Shown in pieces: positions 28,795-39,000 of a stretch of DNA of 64,000 bases. The position numbers were made by a program, and so were the translations under genes. Positions within the stretch are counted from its first letter, which is position 1. The number at the start of each line of letters is the position of its first letter. This stretch comes from Chlorobiota bacterium (GTDB lineage: Bacteria > Bacteroidota > Bacteroidia > Bacteroidales > VadinHA17), in contig JAADHC010000022.1 of the NCBI GenBank assembly GCA_013152085.1, positions 64,345 through 128,344 on the forward strand. The letters run 5' to 3'. The notes beneath the pieces were generated by a model, which saw only the letters and a program-made list of their open reading frames with translations, did not search any database and was not told the DNA's origin.

Positions 28795-28816
28795 ACCCCA
28801 GGCTTCAGCCTGGGGT
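28795..28816. other. GC-rich hairpin ACCCCAGGC-ttca-GCCTGGGGT
   Basis: Perfect 9-bp stem with a tetraloop. No U-tract on either strand. Confidence 0.5.
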
Positions 28817-28836
28817 AGTAGATACAGTTTAAACAA

Positions 28837-28889
28837 GAAAATTAAAAAATTTTGTAGCTTATAAAAAAAATCAAAATTTTTTAATTTTC
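28837..28889. repeat. Perfect 17-bp A/T-rich inverted repeat (16 of 17 positions A/T) with a 19-nt spacer
   Basis: GAAAATTAAAAAATTTT (28837-28853) and AAAATTTTTTAATTTTC (28873-28889) are exact reverse complements. Confidence 0.6.
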
Positions 28890-28910
28890 ATCGGTTTTGT
28901 TTGTTTTTAT

Positions 28911-28932
28911 ACCCTGTCCTAAAGGACGGGGT
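28911..28932. other. Hairpin ACCCTGTCC-taaa-GGACGGGGT (possible citF terminator stem)
   Basis: 9-bp stem with one G-U pair, 22 nt downstream of the citF stop on the minus strand. Shares the ACCC...GGGGT ends with the 28795 hairpin. No U-tract follows. Confidence 0.4.
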
Positions 28933-28953
28933 TATTTATTTGGCGAATTGTGG

Positions 28954-30540
28954 TTATCCGGTTTTTATTTTTCTTACCGTATCAATAACGGTTCCGTCAA
29001 CCCATTTTATGACAGCCACCGGCTGGTCTTCAAATTCAGGCTTATCAGGAATCCCGCAGATCGAATCGGCCATATCTTTTAGCTCTGCCATGGTTTTTAG
29101 CGGTAATCCTGCCTGACGGGCTTTCCCCAGAAGATCTTTACGCCGCGGGTTTACTGCTATACCACGTTCTGTCACCACAACATCAATCAGTTCTCCCGGC
29201 CCGCACAAGGTAGTTACCTGATCGACAATAATGGGTATGCGGTCCCGGAATAAAGGAACAGGTAAAATAACGGTTTTTGAAAAAAGACAATTTTGCCATC
29301 CTCCGATACCATGAAGCAGGTATCCGTCCGAATGAGTAACAACATTGGCATTAAAATCAAGATCAACTTCTGTAGCTCCGAGAATGACAACATCAACCAT
29401 TCCCGCAAAATTTCCTTTACTGTGGTAGTTATAGGATGTAAAAGGACTGGTCCAGGTATGGTGTGGATTCTCAGCCATTGAGCGTATTCCTTCAAGGTCG
29501 AAAGTTTGTCCGTCCAGGATATACTCAATCATCCCTTCTTCAAGCATGGACACCAGGTATTTGTTGCTGCCACCTCGGGCAAAACGGGCTTTGATCCCCT
29601 TCTTACGCATGATCCGGGCAAAATAATCACTCACAGCCAGAGAGGTGCCTCCGGCGCCGGTCTGGAACGAAAATCCGTCATGAATGATTCCTGTGGCATC
29701 GCAAAACTGAGCGGTTAGTTCAGCCAGATACAGCCGGTCCGGACTGCGTGTGATGCGTGTGGTTCCGGAAATGATTTTTTCAGGATCTCCCAGTTTTTCT
29801 ATTTCTACGGTATAGTCTACATAGTTTCCCTGAATTTGCCAGGGGACACAAGGGAAAGGAACCATATGATCAGTCACCACGATTACCTTGTCGGCATACT
29901 GCGAATCTGCCAGAGCAAATCCCAACAGGCCTGTGGCCGAGGGTCCTTCAAGTCCGTTGGCATTCCCAAACGGATCAGCCTTCCCGGCTCCGATCACTGC
30001 AATATCAATGTGTACTTCCCCGTCCTGTACCGCCTGATACCGGCCGCCATGTGAACGCAGTACCCCAATCCCTTTCATTTTTCCTTCGGAGGTAAACCTA
30101 CCCAAAGGACCGTTCATACTTCCTTCAATATGATGAATGGTCCCGTCTTCGAGATAGGGGATCAGGTGTTCATGACAGGGAAACGATGCAGAAGGGAACC
30201 AGCGTAGGTTTTTAATACCCAGTTCATGGGCAATATCAAAGATCATGTTGGCAAGAAAATCACCGTTACGGAAATGGTGATGGGTAGATATGGTCATGCC
30301 ATCATGTAACCCGGATTTGATCAGTGCTTCCTTCAGGCTTACTACCTGCTTGTTTCCGTCTGCCGGAAAATCTTTGCAACTGGGGATAGGTGGGCCGTAT
30401 TTCCGGCCTTTGGGTAAATATTTTCCTATCCCCTGGTATGGAATGACAGGATGGCCATTAACCTCTGACGGAACCTTCCGGCCGGCGGCATTTTCAATCC
30501 ATTTCCGGTTGTTTTTATTCATTATTGTCAGCTTTTTCAT
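28954..30540 (-). CDS. citF: Citrate lyase alpha subunit (citrate CoA-transferase)
   Basis: 528 aa, with the length and N-terminal pattern (..NAAGRKVPSEVNG..PYQG..) typical of CitF. Overlaps the upstream citDE gene by 26 nt. Confidence 0.8.
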   Translation of the reverse strand: MKKLTIMNKNNRKWIENAAGRKVPSEVNGHPVIPYQGIGKYLPKGRKYGPPIPSCKDFPADGNKQVVSLKEALIKSGLHDGMTISTHHHFRNGDFLANMIFDIAHELGIKNLRWFPSASFPCHEHLIPYLEDGTIHHIEGSMNGPLGRFTSEGKMKGIGVLRSHGGRYQAVQDGEVHIDIAVIGAGKADPFGNANGLEGPSATGLLGFALADSQYADKVIVVTDHMVPFPCVPWQIQGNYVDYTVEIEKLGDPEKIISGTTRITRSPDRLYLAELTAQFCDATGIIHDGFSFQTGAGGTSLAVSDYFARIMRKKGIKARFARGGSNKYLVSMLEEGMIEYILDGQTFDLEGIRSMAENPHHTWTSPFTSYNYHSKGNFAGMVDVVILGATEVDLDFNANVVTHSDGYLLHGIGGWQNCLFSKTVILPVPLFRDRIPIIVDQVTTLCGPGELIDVVVTERGIAVNPRRKDLLGKARQAGLPLKTMAELKDMADSICGIPDKPEFEDQPVAVIKWVDGTVIDTVRKIKTG

Positions 30541-31756
30541 GTGTTACCGGTAAGAATTCCAACTCCATAGCTTTTGCCAATTCCAGGATATGCAGTGCTC
30601 TTTGAACCACCGGCGGATCGATCATTTTTGTTCCCAGCGAAACCACACCCAGCCCTTTCTCCCTCGCTTCATCATAAGCCTTTATGATTCGTTTTGCTTT
30701 ATCAATTTCTGCAGGAGAAGGGGCAAAACCTTCATGGATTGCCCTGATCTGACGGGGATGAATACATCCCATACCTTCAAAGCCCATGGCTTTTGACCGT
30801 TGTACGGTTTTCAGCAATCCTTCCATATCCGAAACATCGGAAAACACCGAGTCGATAGGCTGGATGCCTGCGGCTACACAGGCATTAACCATTCTGCTTC
30901 TTGCCCAGAGTGTTTCGTTCCCTTCGGATGTGCGGGTAACACCAAGGTCAGCAGTCAGGTCTTCCAGCCCGATAGCCATCGCTACGATCCGGCCGGATGA
31001 CATTGCGATCGAATATGCATTTTCAATTCCTTTAGCCGTTTCGAGTATAGGCATAAAGTATACGGATTGACCGGTATTGTGTTTAACCGGAATTTTATCC
31101 ACAAGAGTATCCACCTCAGTGATCTGATCCGGATCTTCGGCTTTCGGAATGAGAATGACATGAACATTGTTCGGAATAACTTCCTTCAGGTCTTCAGCTC
31201 CCAGTGGTAGCGGATTGATTCTGACCATCCTTTCAGCACCATAAAAATCCAGTGCCCGCAAAGCATTTCGAACCAGCAGGCGGGCTTCAGTTTTTTTTTC
31301 CGGGGCAACAGAATCTTCAAGGTCAAGGATGATACCATTGGGTTTGTGGATTCCTGCGTTAAGCATCAACGCAGGTGAATTACCGGGCAGGTATAACCGG
31401 GATAGCCTGAATCGTTCGGGACCGGTGGAATATAGATTTTGAGTCAACATCTCCGGTAAAAACTTTTGTGAAGTTGACGAAATTTTTTGCACTGCCGCCT
31501 CCAACCGGGCCATAATCACAAAATCCAGGGCACCGGAATCTGTGATTTGAACCCGGGCATCTGTCAGGTTGTAAAAATTCATCTGTTTGGAAACCAATGC
31601 GCGGATATGCCGGCCAAACATGCTGTTAACCTTGGATCTTAAATCAATCACGAGGCCTTTTCCGGTACCGGTTTCTATCTGCACATGGCAATCAGACCTG
31701 ACTTTTTCACCTCTGTTGCCTGCTTCCGTTACCTTTTTCCGGGTTGCCTTTTCCAT
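30515..31756 (-). CDS. citDE: Fused citrate lyase acyl carrier protein (CitD, aa ~1-95) and beta subunit / citryl-CoA lyase (CitE, aa ~115-413)
   Basis: The N-terminus aligns by eye to E. coli CitD (AGTLESGDVMIRI vs AGNRGEKVRSDCHVQI; DDKGALDCILRARLEALL vs TDSGALDFVIMARLEAAV). The rest is HpcH/CitE-like (SRLYLPGNSPALM..., LDLEDSVAP, AIGLEDLTADLG). Confidence 0.75.
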   Translation of the reverse strand: MEKATRKKVTEAGNRGEKVRSDCHVQIETGTGKGLVIDLRSKVNSMFGRHIRALVSKQMNFYNLTDARVQITDSGALDFVIMARLEAAVQKISSTSQKFLPEMLTQNLYSTGPERFRLSRLYLPGNSPALMLNAGIHKPNGIILDLEDSVAPEKKTEARLLVRNALRALDFYGAERMVRINPLPLGAEDLKEVIPNNVHVILIPKAEDPDQITEVDTLVDKIPVKHNTGQSVYFMPILETAKGIENAYSIAMSSGRIVAMAIGLEDLTADLGVTRTSEGNETLWARSRMVNACVAAGIQPIDSVFSDVSDMEGLLKTVQRSKAMGFEGMGCIHPRQIRAIHEGFAPSPAEIDKAKRIIKAYDEAREKGLGVVSLGTKMIDPPVVQRALHILELAKAMELEFLPVTHEKADNNE

Positions 31757-31786
31757 ATATTGAATAAATTAATTTTAAGAAAATGA

Positions 31787-32212
31787 TCAGCTTTGATCTT
31801 CATCCGCACCGGCAGGTTTACATAACTCAATGAGTACCCCTGAAGTGGCGGAAGGGTGCAGGAACGCAATTTCCATCTGATCGGAACCGGGCCGGGGTCG
31901 CTTGTCAATCAGCCTGACCCCTTTTTTATCCAGCTCGGAAAGCGTCCGGGTAAGTTCACCGGTTTTGAAGGCGAGGTGATGTATTCCTTCGCCTCGTTTC
32001 TCAATAAAACGGGCTACGGGTCCTTCCGGGTCTGTGGATTCCAATAACTCAATTTTTACTTCCCCTATCCGGTAAAAAGCTGTCTTTACTTTCTGGTCCT
32101 CAACCGTTTCTGTCTTGTAACAACGGAGTCCCAGAATCCCTTCATAAAAGGTACGGGCTGTTTCCAGATTCCTGACAGCTATCCCTATATGTTCGATCTT
32201 TTTAATGTCCAT
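31787..32212 (-). CDS. Methylmalonyl-CoA epimerase (VOC/glyoxalase fold)
   Basis: 141 aa. IEHIGIAVRNLETARTFYEGILGL, KIELLESTDPEGPVARFIEKRGEGIHHLAF. Confidence 0.8.
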   Translation of the reverse strand: MDIKKIEHIGIAVRNLETARTFYEGILGLRCYKTETVEDQKVKTAFYRIGEVKIELLESTDPEGPVARFIEKRGEGIHHLAFKTGELTRTLSELDKKGVRLIDKRPRPGSDQMEIAFLHPSATSGVLIELCKPAGADEDQS

Positions 32213-32624
32213 ACACGGTTATTTTTTGTAAAAATACACACCTAATCCTGATTCTCCTAATGATATTTTCCGGTTGTTGTTAATCTCCCGGAAATGTTAT
32301 AGAATGAGGCATATACAAAAAAAATGTATTCGTTCATTCCATATTTTGATGATATATCTCATTATTAAATGGTTAAATATATCATTGCTTTTCCTGAAAC
32401 ATATTGAAACAGATGTGTTATTTTTAAACTAAATATTGAATTAAAATATTTTATTAACTTTCAGGTCAGTTTATTAACCATACCTGTAGGATTGATAAGA
32501 ATGTTATATGGTCATCCGGTAATAGATCGGACCGGTAAAAATAAAATATGCTTTATTAAACAATCGGATTATGCCTGTGAAATAAGATAAAAACAACTAA
32601 AATTTAAACTTAAAATTAAATGTT

Positions 32625-33581
32625 ATGGAAACCAAAACTGCCACAACTTTTTCTGTGTTGAAGGAGACTGAAGTTCAGTATCTCCAATCGATCCTCGCTA
32701 AAGGTGGACCCGACCTGGAAGATTATCCGGTATTTGAGGAGTATGTTAACAAGCTCAATGATCAGGGAATCGAAGAGTTACGTATATTACTGAAACCGAT
32801 TTTGAATAAAGAGAATATGATCGGCTACGGTTATGTAAAACCTTACGGTTATGCCGGGGATTTTCATGTTATTGACATGATCTACCAGGTAAAAACCAGT
32901 GATGATCCCCGCTATCACAAATGGGATAAATGGTATCATGAGCAGCATGCTCCACAGGCTGTAAGAAACCGGAAAGAATTTTTCCTGAACCTGTGTGCCG
33001 AACTGGATGCCAAAAATGACAAACCCAAGGAAATGTTGATCCTGGGAAGTGGTCCGGCGGCGGATGTTTTTGAATATCTGGAAAGTAATCCGGACTCAAG
33101 GATTCATTTCGATTTGCTTGACCTTGACCAACGGGCGATCGATTATGCCCGGGAAAAAAATCTGAAGTATCTAGATCGACTCAACTTTATCCGTATAAAT
33201 GTTTTGCGTTTCAAAACGCACAAGTTTTATGACACGATCTGGAGTGCCGGGTTGTTTGATTACTTCAAGGAAAAACATTTTGTCTATTTGGTCAACAAAT
33301 ACAGGGAATTTATTGCCGAAGACGGGGAAATGGTTATTGGTAATTTTGCCGACGGTAATCCCTCTGTTAAATTAATGCATGTATTATGCGACTGGAATCT
33401 CAATCTCCGCTCGAAGGAGGATTTGACGCATTACGCTGTTGCGGCAGGTGCCGACCCGTCATCAATCAGGGTTGATAGTGAGCCGCTGGGCGTGAACCTT
33501 TTCCTGAGAATCAAAAACAATAAAAATTCTTTCAAAACTGCTGAAAACTTCATATCTTGGCTCGAGTTTAACAACAACTAA
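32625..33581 (+). CDS. Class I SAM-dependent methyltransferase with an N-terminal extension (PhcB-like signal-synthase candidate)
   Basis: 318 aa. Motif I MLILGSGPAADV, then LLDLDQRAI and IWSAGLFDYF. The upstream KPYGYAGDFHVIDMIY and RNRKEFF motifs resemble, from memory, the 3-hydroxy fatty acid methyl ester synthase (PhcB) family. Confidence 0.65.
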   Translation: METKTATTFSVLKETEVQYLQSILAKGGPDLEDYPVFEEYVNKLNDQGIEELRILLKPILNKENMIGYGYVKPYGYAGDFHVIDMIYQVKTSDDPRYHKWDKWYHEQHAPQAVRNRKEFFLNLCAELDAKNDKPKEMLILGSGPAADVFEYLESNPDSRIHFDLLDLDQRAIDYAREKNLKYLDRLNFIRINVLRFKTHKFYDTIWSAGLFDYFKEKHFVYLVNKYREFIAEDGEMVIGNFADGNPSVKLMHVLCDWNLNLRSKEDLTHYAVAAGADPSSIRVDSEPLGVNLFLRIKNNKNSFKTAENFISWLEFNNN

Positions 33582-33586
33582 TATGG

Positions 33587-35569
33587 ATGTGGGATTCGGT
33601 CAGGAGGAAAGATAAACCTTCTGAGGATGGGGCTCCCAGTTCCCTGGGAATGAAGCTCCATCCTCTTTCTTTGCGCTTTATTGACGATCAGGCTTATCTG
33701 GAAAAAGAATACAGGGAAACCTATTTTCGTGAGTCGGTTGGTCAGTTGCGTTTTGCCATTTTACTTTCACTGATCTTCTATACGCTGTTTGCCGGCCTGG
33801 ACGTGGCTGTTGCACAGTCTTTTAAGAAAGAACTCTGGCTGATTCGTTTCGCTTTTGTCGCTCCGGCAATGATCATCTTCGTTGCCATCTCTTATCTTCC
33901 CTGGTTTAAAAGATACTGGCAAACCTTGCTTGGCCTCATTATGTATCTGGCCGGATTAGGAATTGTATTGATGATTTTTTATGTCTCGAAGATTGAGGTC
34001 TATTCCTATTACGCCGGACTGCTGCTTATTTTTATCGTTGGTTATACTTTTATCCGGGCGCGGATCATTTCCGCTACATTGGCAGGTTGGACATTGGTAC
34101 TTACTTACGAAATTGTAGCTTTTTTCTTTACAGATACTCCGCTGCAAAACCTGATCAATAATAATTTCTTCTTTATTTCTGCCAATATTATCGGGATGAT
34201 GATCTGTTATTATCTCGACCGAACCAACAGGAAAGACTTTTTTATGCGGAAACTTCTCCAGATTGAACAGGAGAAGGTAAAAGCTGCCAATGAGGTTCTT
34301 GAGCAAAAAGTCGAAGAACGCACCCGTGAACTATCCGAGACAAACGTCGAACTTAAAAAAGAAATTGAACTTCGTAAACAATACGAAGCGGAACGGGCAA
34401 AACTGGAAGCCCAGCTGTTTCAGCTTCAGAAAATGGAAACTATCGGGACCCTGGCAGGTGGTATCGCTCACGACTTTAACAATATCCTGACCCCTATTCT
34501 CGGGTATACAGAAATGGCATTGGAGGAAATAGAAGAGGATAATACCCTTCGGTTTGATATAGAACAAATAAACCATGCAGCACAACGGGCCAAAGACCTT
34601 GTGAAACAGATCCTGACCTTCAGCCGCCAGGTAGATGTTGAAAAGAAACCTTTAAGACTGGATCAGATCATTAATGAGGTGTTAAACCTGGTCAGGGCTT
34701 CCCTCCCCAGAACGATTGAGATACAGACCGACCTGGATCCGTATTGCGGAACCGTCATGGCTGATCCTACCCAGATGCACCAGGTGTTGATGAACCTCTG
34801 TACCAACGCTGCCCATGCCATGAAAGATAATGGCGGAATTCTTGAATTACGCCTTCATGAAGAAGATATTGACTCAGCCAGGTCAAAGGATTTAAATAAT
34901 GTCTCCCCCGGTAAGTATGCAGTATTCACGGTAAGAGACACCGGCCATGGCATGGATACCCAAACCATGCAGCGGATTTTTGAACCCTTTTTCACCAAGA
35001 AGGAAGTAGGAGTTGGTGCAGGCCTTGGCCTTTCGGTTGTCCATGGAATTATCAATAGTTACCGGGGCACTATAACCGTTCATAGTAAACCTGGCGATGG
35101 AACCATCTTTATGATCTATTTACCGCAGTTTGCCGCAGAAAGTGAAGTGGAAATTTCTGAAGAATTTATTAAAGAAGGCATGGAACATATCATGTTTGTG
35201 GATGACGAGGAAGAAGTAACCTTTATGGGGAAAAAGATGCTCGAGAGCCTCGGTTATTCTGTAACCGTGAAAACCGATGGTCACAGGGCCTATCAGGAGT
35301 TTAAAAAACACCCCGATGAGTATGACCTTCTGGTTACCGATCAGACGATGCCCGGTGTTCTGGGTACTGACCTGGCTTCAAAATTCAGGCAACTGAATCC
35401 GAAACTGAAAGTGATTATTATTACCGGAACACATAATTCGGTAAATGAGCAGATGCTTGAAGATTCTAAAATTGATGAATTACTTTTAAAACCGCTAAAA
35501 ATTAGCGAATTTAGCAAGGTCATCCGGAAAGTCCTGGATGAAAATAAAAATGTAAATAATAACAATTGA
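33587..35569 (+). CDS. Membrane-embedded hybrid sensor histidine kinase (about 6 TM, coiled coil, HisKA, HATPase, REC)
   Basis: 660 aa. Six hydrophobic helices between aa ~55 and 215 with minimal loops. H-box GGIAHDFNNILTPILGY, DTGHGMD, GAGLGLSVVHG, REC (IMFVDDEEEV...LLVTDQTMPG). Starts 5 nt after the methyltransferase stop. Confidence 0.9.
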   Translation: MWDSVRRKDKPSEDGAPSSLGMKLHPLSLRFIDDQAYLEKEYRETYFRESVGQLRFAILLSLIFYTLFAGLDVAVAQSFKKELWLIRFAFVAPAMIIFVAISYLPWFKRYWQTLLGLIMYLAGLGIVLMIFYVSKIEVYSYYAGLLLIFIVGYTFIRARIISATLAGWTLVLTYEIVAFFFTDTPLQNLINNNFFFISANIIGMMICYYLDRTNRKDFFMRKLLQIEQEKVKAANEVLEQKVEERTRELSETNVELKKEIELRKQYEAERAKLEAQLFQLQKMETIGTLAGGIAHDFNNILTPILGYTEMALEEIEEDNTLRFDIEQINHAAQRAKDLVKQILTFSRQVDVEKKPLRLDQIINEVLNLVRASLPRTIEIQTDLDPYCGTVMADPTQMHQVLMNLCTNAAHAMKDNGGILELRLHEEDIDSARSKDLNNVSPGKYAVFTVRDTGHGMDTQTMQRIFEPFFTKKEVGVGAGLGLSVVHGIINSYRGTITVHSKPGDGTIFMIYLPQFAAESEVEISEEFIKEGMEHIMFVDDEEEVTFMGKKMLESLGYSVTVKTDGHRAYQEFKKHPDEYDLLVTDQTMPGVLGTDLASKFRQLNPKLKVIIITGTHNSVNEQMLEDSKIDELLLKPLKISEFSKVIRKVLDENKNVNNNN

Positions 35570-35573
35570 CATT

Positions 35574-35939
35574 ATGGCCAGAATTATTGTAATAGATGAT
35601 GAACCGTATATCCTCCTGATGTTGAAAAAAATGCTTGAGAAAGAAGGACATGAGGTGGAAATGGCAACTAACGGTGTTGAAGGTTCCGAACTTTTTGAGC
35701 AAAATCCTGCCGACCTGATTATTACGGATATTGTGATGCCTGAAAAAGAAGGTCTCGAAACAATAATGGATTTACGGGTTAAAAATCCACAATTAAAGAT
35801 CATTGCCATTTCGGGCGGTGGCAGGGTAGATTCGAGAGAATACCTGAATTCCGCGCAATTGCTCGGTGCAAATAAAACCATTCAGAAACCGTTTAAAAAG
35901 GATGAGATCATCCAGGCGGTCAGAGAACTGTTGAAGTAA
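35574..35939 (+). CDS. Stand-alone response regulator receiver (CheY-like)
   Basis: 121 aa. RIIVIDDEPYIL, LIITDIVMPEKEG, IIAISGG, KPF. No output domain. Starts 4 nt after the kinase stop. Confidence 0.9.
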   Translation: MARIIVIDDEPYILLMLKKMLEKEGHEVEMATNGVEGSELFEQNPADLIITDIVMPEKEGLETIMDLRVKNPQLKIIAISGGGRVDSREYLNSAQLLGANKTIQKPFKKDEIIQAVRELLK

Positions 35940-36005
35940 CCCGTAATTATTTGTTTTTACTTCCGGATTATGCCGGAGAACAGTTCCGGTTGATATCGGT
36001 TTTTA

Positions 36006-36013
36006 TACTTTTG
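36006..36013 (+). promoter_or_regulatory. -7 promoter box TACTTTTG
   Basis: Exact TAnnTTTG match 40 nt upstream of ATG 36053. Confidence 0.4.
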
Positions 36014-36052
36014 AAGACGATTATTCCATGCATATTTAAAAAATAGAGAGAG

Positions 36053-39000
36053 ATGAAAAGATTTTTCTTAATATGCCTTGTCAGTGTATTCTGGCTTGGT
36101 TTACAGGCTGCTGATACCGGTGAGGCCCGCTTGATGAGATTTCCGGATATTTATGGAAACCAGATCGTTTTTTCCTATGCCGGAGATCTTTACCTTGTTC
36201 CTTCCGATGGTGGCGTTGCCCGCCGGCTTACATCGTCGGTGGGATATGAATCCTTTCCCCGGTTTTCACCCGACGGTAAATACATTGCATTTACCGGTCA
36301 GTATGACGGAAATACTGAAGTTTTTCGTATCCCTTCATCCGGAGGGGAACCACAGCGGCTTACCGTTACGGCTACACTGGGAAGAGATGATATCGGCGAC
36401 CGGATGGGACCGAATAATATTGTAATGGATTGGACCCCTGACGGAAAATATATTGTTTATCGATCGCGAAAACAATCTTATAATTCTTTTGTCGGACAGC
36501 TTTTCAAGGTCCCTGCTGACGGAGGAATGTCAGAAGAGATCCCGATCTCCAAAGGAGGATTTTGCAGCTTTTCTCCCGACGGAAACCGGATGGCCTTTAA
36601 CTGGGTATTCCGCGAATTCCGTACCTGGAAATATTATCAGGGAGGTATGGCAGATGATATCCGTATCGTGGATTTTAACAAGGGTACGGTAATAAAAATT
36701 ACCGACAATCCGCACCAGGATATCATTCCCATGTGGATAGGCCGTACGATCTATTATCTTTCTGACCGTGACAGGACAATGAACCTGTTTGCTTACAATC
36801 TGGATACTAAAGAGACGAAAAAAGTTACCGACTTTACGGATTATGATATCAAATTTCCCGGATTTGACCGGCAGTATGTGGTTTTTGAAAAAGGCGGCTA
36901 CATCTATAAGTATGATGTGGAAAACGGAAATACGGCGCAGGTGCATATCCGTATCGCCAATGATATCGAATGGAGCAGATCCGAATGGAAAGATGCATCA
37001 AAAATGATAAGAAGTGCCGACCTGTCACGGAACGGTGAACGTGTGCTTTTCGGAGCACGTGGCGATATCTTTTCTGTTCCTGCAAAACATGGAATTACAC
37101 TGAATCTGACAAAAAGCTCAGGAGTACATGAGCGGGAAGCCACATTCTCACCAGATGGCAGATATATGGCCTATCTTTCTGATCAGTCGGGTGAGTATGA
37201 AATTTATATGCGCCCTGCAGATGGCAGCGGAACCCCGGTTCAGATTACCTCGAATACAAAAACATACATTTTCAATCTGGCATGGTCACCGGATTCAAAA
37301 AAGATACTTTTTAATGATAAGAAACAAACGTTGAAGTATGTTGATATCGGGACAAAAAAAGTAACGATGGTTGATCAGTCGGACGAAGCTCCCTGGTTTA
37401 GTTTTGACTGGTCTCCCGACAGCCGCTGGATTACCTATACAAAAGCGGAGAAAAGGATGACCCGTATCCGGCTGTATAATCTCGAAACAGGAAAATCATA
37501 CATCCTTACCGATAGCTGGTATAGTTCAGGGAATCCTGTTTTCAGTACCGATGGTAAATATATCCTCTTTACCTCGGCACGGGATTTTAATCCGATATAC
37601 AGCCAGACAGAATGGAACCATGCGTATGTCGATATGAGCAGGATCTATATGATCCTCCTGTCCAAAGATACACCTTCCCCTTTTGCACCTGAGAATGATG
37701 TCATAGAAGTAAATAATGTAAAACCAACTGCCAGGGCACCGGAGAAAAGCAAACCCGGAAACAAGAAAAAATCAACCTCAGAAACCAAGGATACGGGAAA
37801 AATAATAATAGACATTGACGGTATCAACGAGAGGGTTGTCGGTTTGCCGGTCAAACCTTCCAATTATTTTGGTATAAATGGTGTAAATGATAAAGTGTAT
37901 TTCCTTGAACGTTCGTCTACCGGCCGGGACGGAGCGCGTTTTGCTTTTTTTGATCTTAAAAAGAAAAAGGAAACGGAACTGGGGCAGGGGATGAGTTACG
38001 GTTTATCTGCCAACCATAAAAAAATGCTGGTCAGACAGAAAAACCGTTATGCGGTGATCAACCTGCCCTCTTCGAAAATTTCACTGGAAGAAACCGTCGA
38101 CCTCTCCGGCATGAAAGTAAAAGTAGACCTGCACGCCGAATGGAAGCAGATATTTAACGAGAGTTGGCGTCAGATGCGGGATTTCTTTTATGCACCTAAT
38201 ATGCATGGTGTTGACTGGCCTGCTATGCACGATAAATATGCCGTTTTGCTCCCTTATGTAAATCATCGTTCCGATCTTACCTATATTATCGGTGAAATGG
38301 TAGGCGAACTGAGTATCGGGCATTCTTATGTGATCAATGGTGAAGCTCCGAAACCTGAGCGGATAGCTCTTGGTTTGCTGGGTGCTAAAGTAAGCCGGAC
38401 ACCGGAGGGATGGTTCAGAATTGACCATATCCTCCCCGGAGCCAACTGGAGCCGTCAGCTGCGGTCGCCCTTAACGGAAATAGGAGTTAATGTGAAAGAG
38501 GGAGACTATATCCTGGCTGTTAACGGCCGGAATGTGAAGGAGAAAACGGACATTTTCAAAACATTAATCGGCCAGGCCGGCAAAACAGTAGAACTTACGG
38601 TGAATAACCAACCCGACATGAACGGAAGCAGAAACGTACTGGTCCGTCCTCTCAGGGATGAATCGGCCCTTTACTATTACGAATGGGTAGAGAATAATAT
38701 CCGTAAAGTTAGCGAGGCCACTGACGGGAAAGTGGGATACATCCATATTCCGGATATGGGCGTTGACGGGCTTAATGAGTTTGTAAAACATTACTATCCG
38801 CAACTGCAGAAAAAAGGCTTGATCATTGATGTCCGTGGTAACGGAGGCGGGAATGTTTCGCCTATGATCATTGAGCGGTTGATGCGTACCATAACCTACA
38901 TGACGATGCATACAGGGGAGAAACAGGGAGATCCCAATCCGGTAGGTACCTTTGTCGGACCGAAGGTTACTCTGCTGGATAAGTATTCGGCTTCGGACGG

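Noticed and set aside
28897-29116. Two overlapping plus-strand ORFs of 61 and 71 aa
   Set aside because: They start in the hairpin-rich intergenic region and run antisense into citF. No supporting features.
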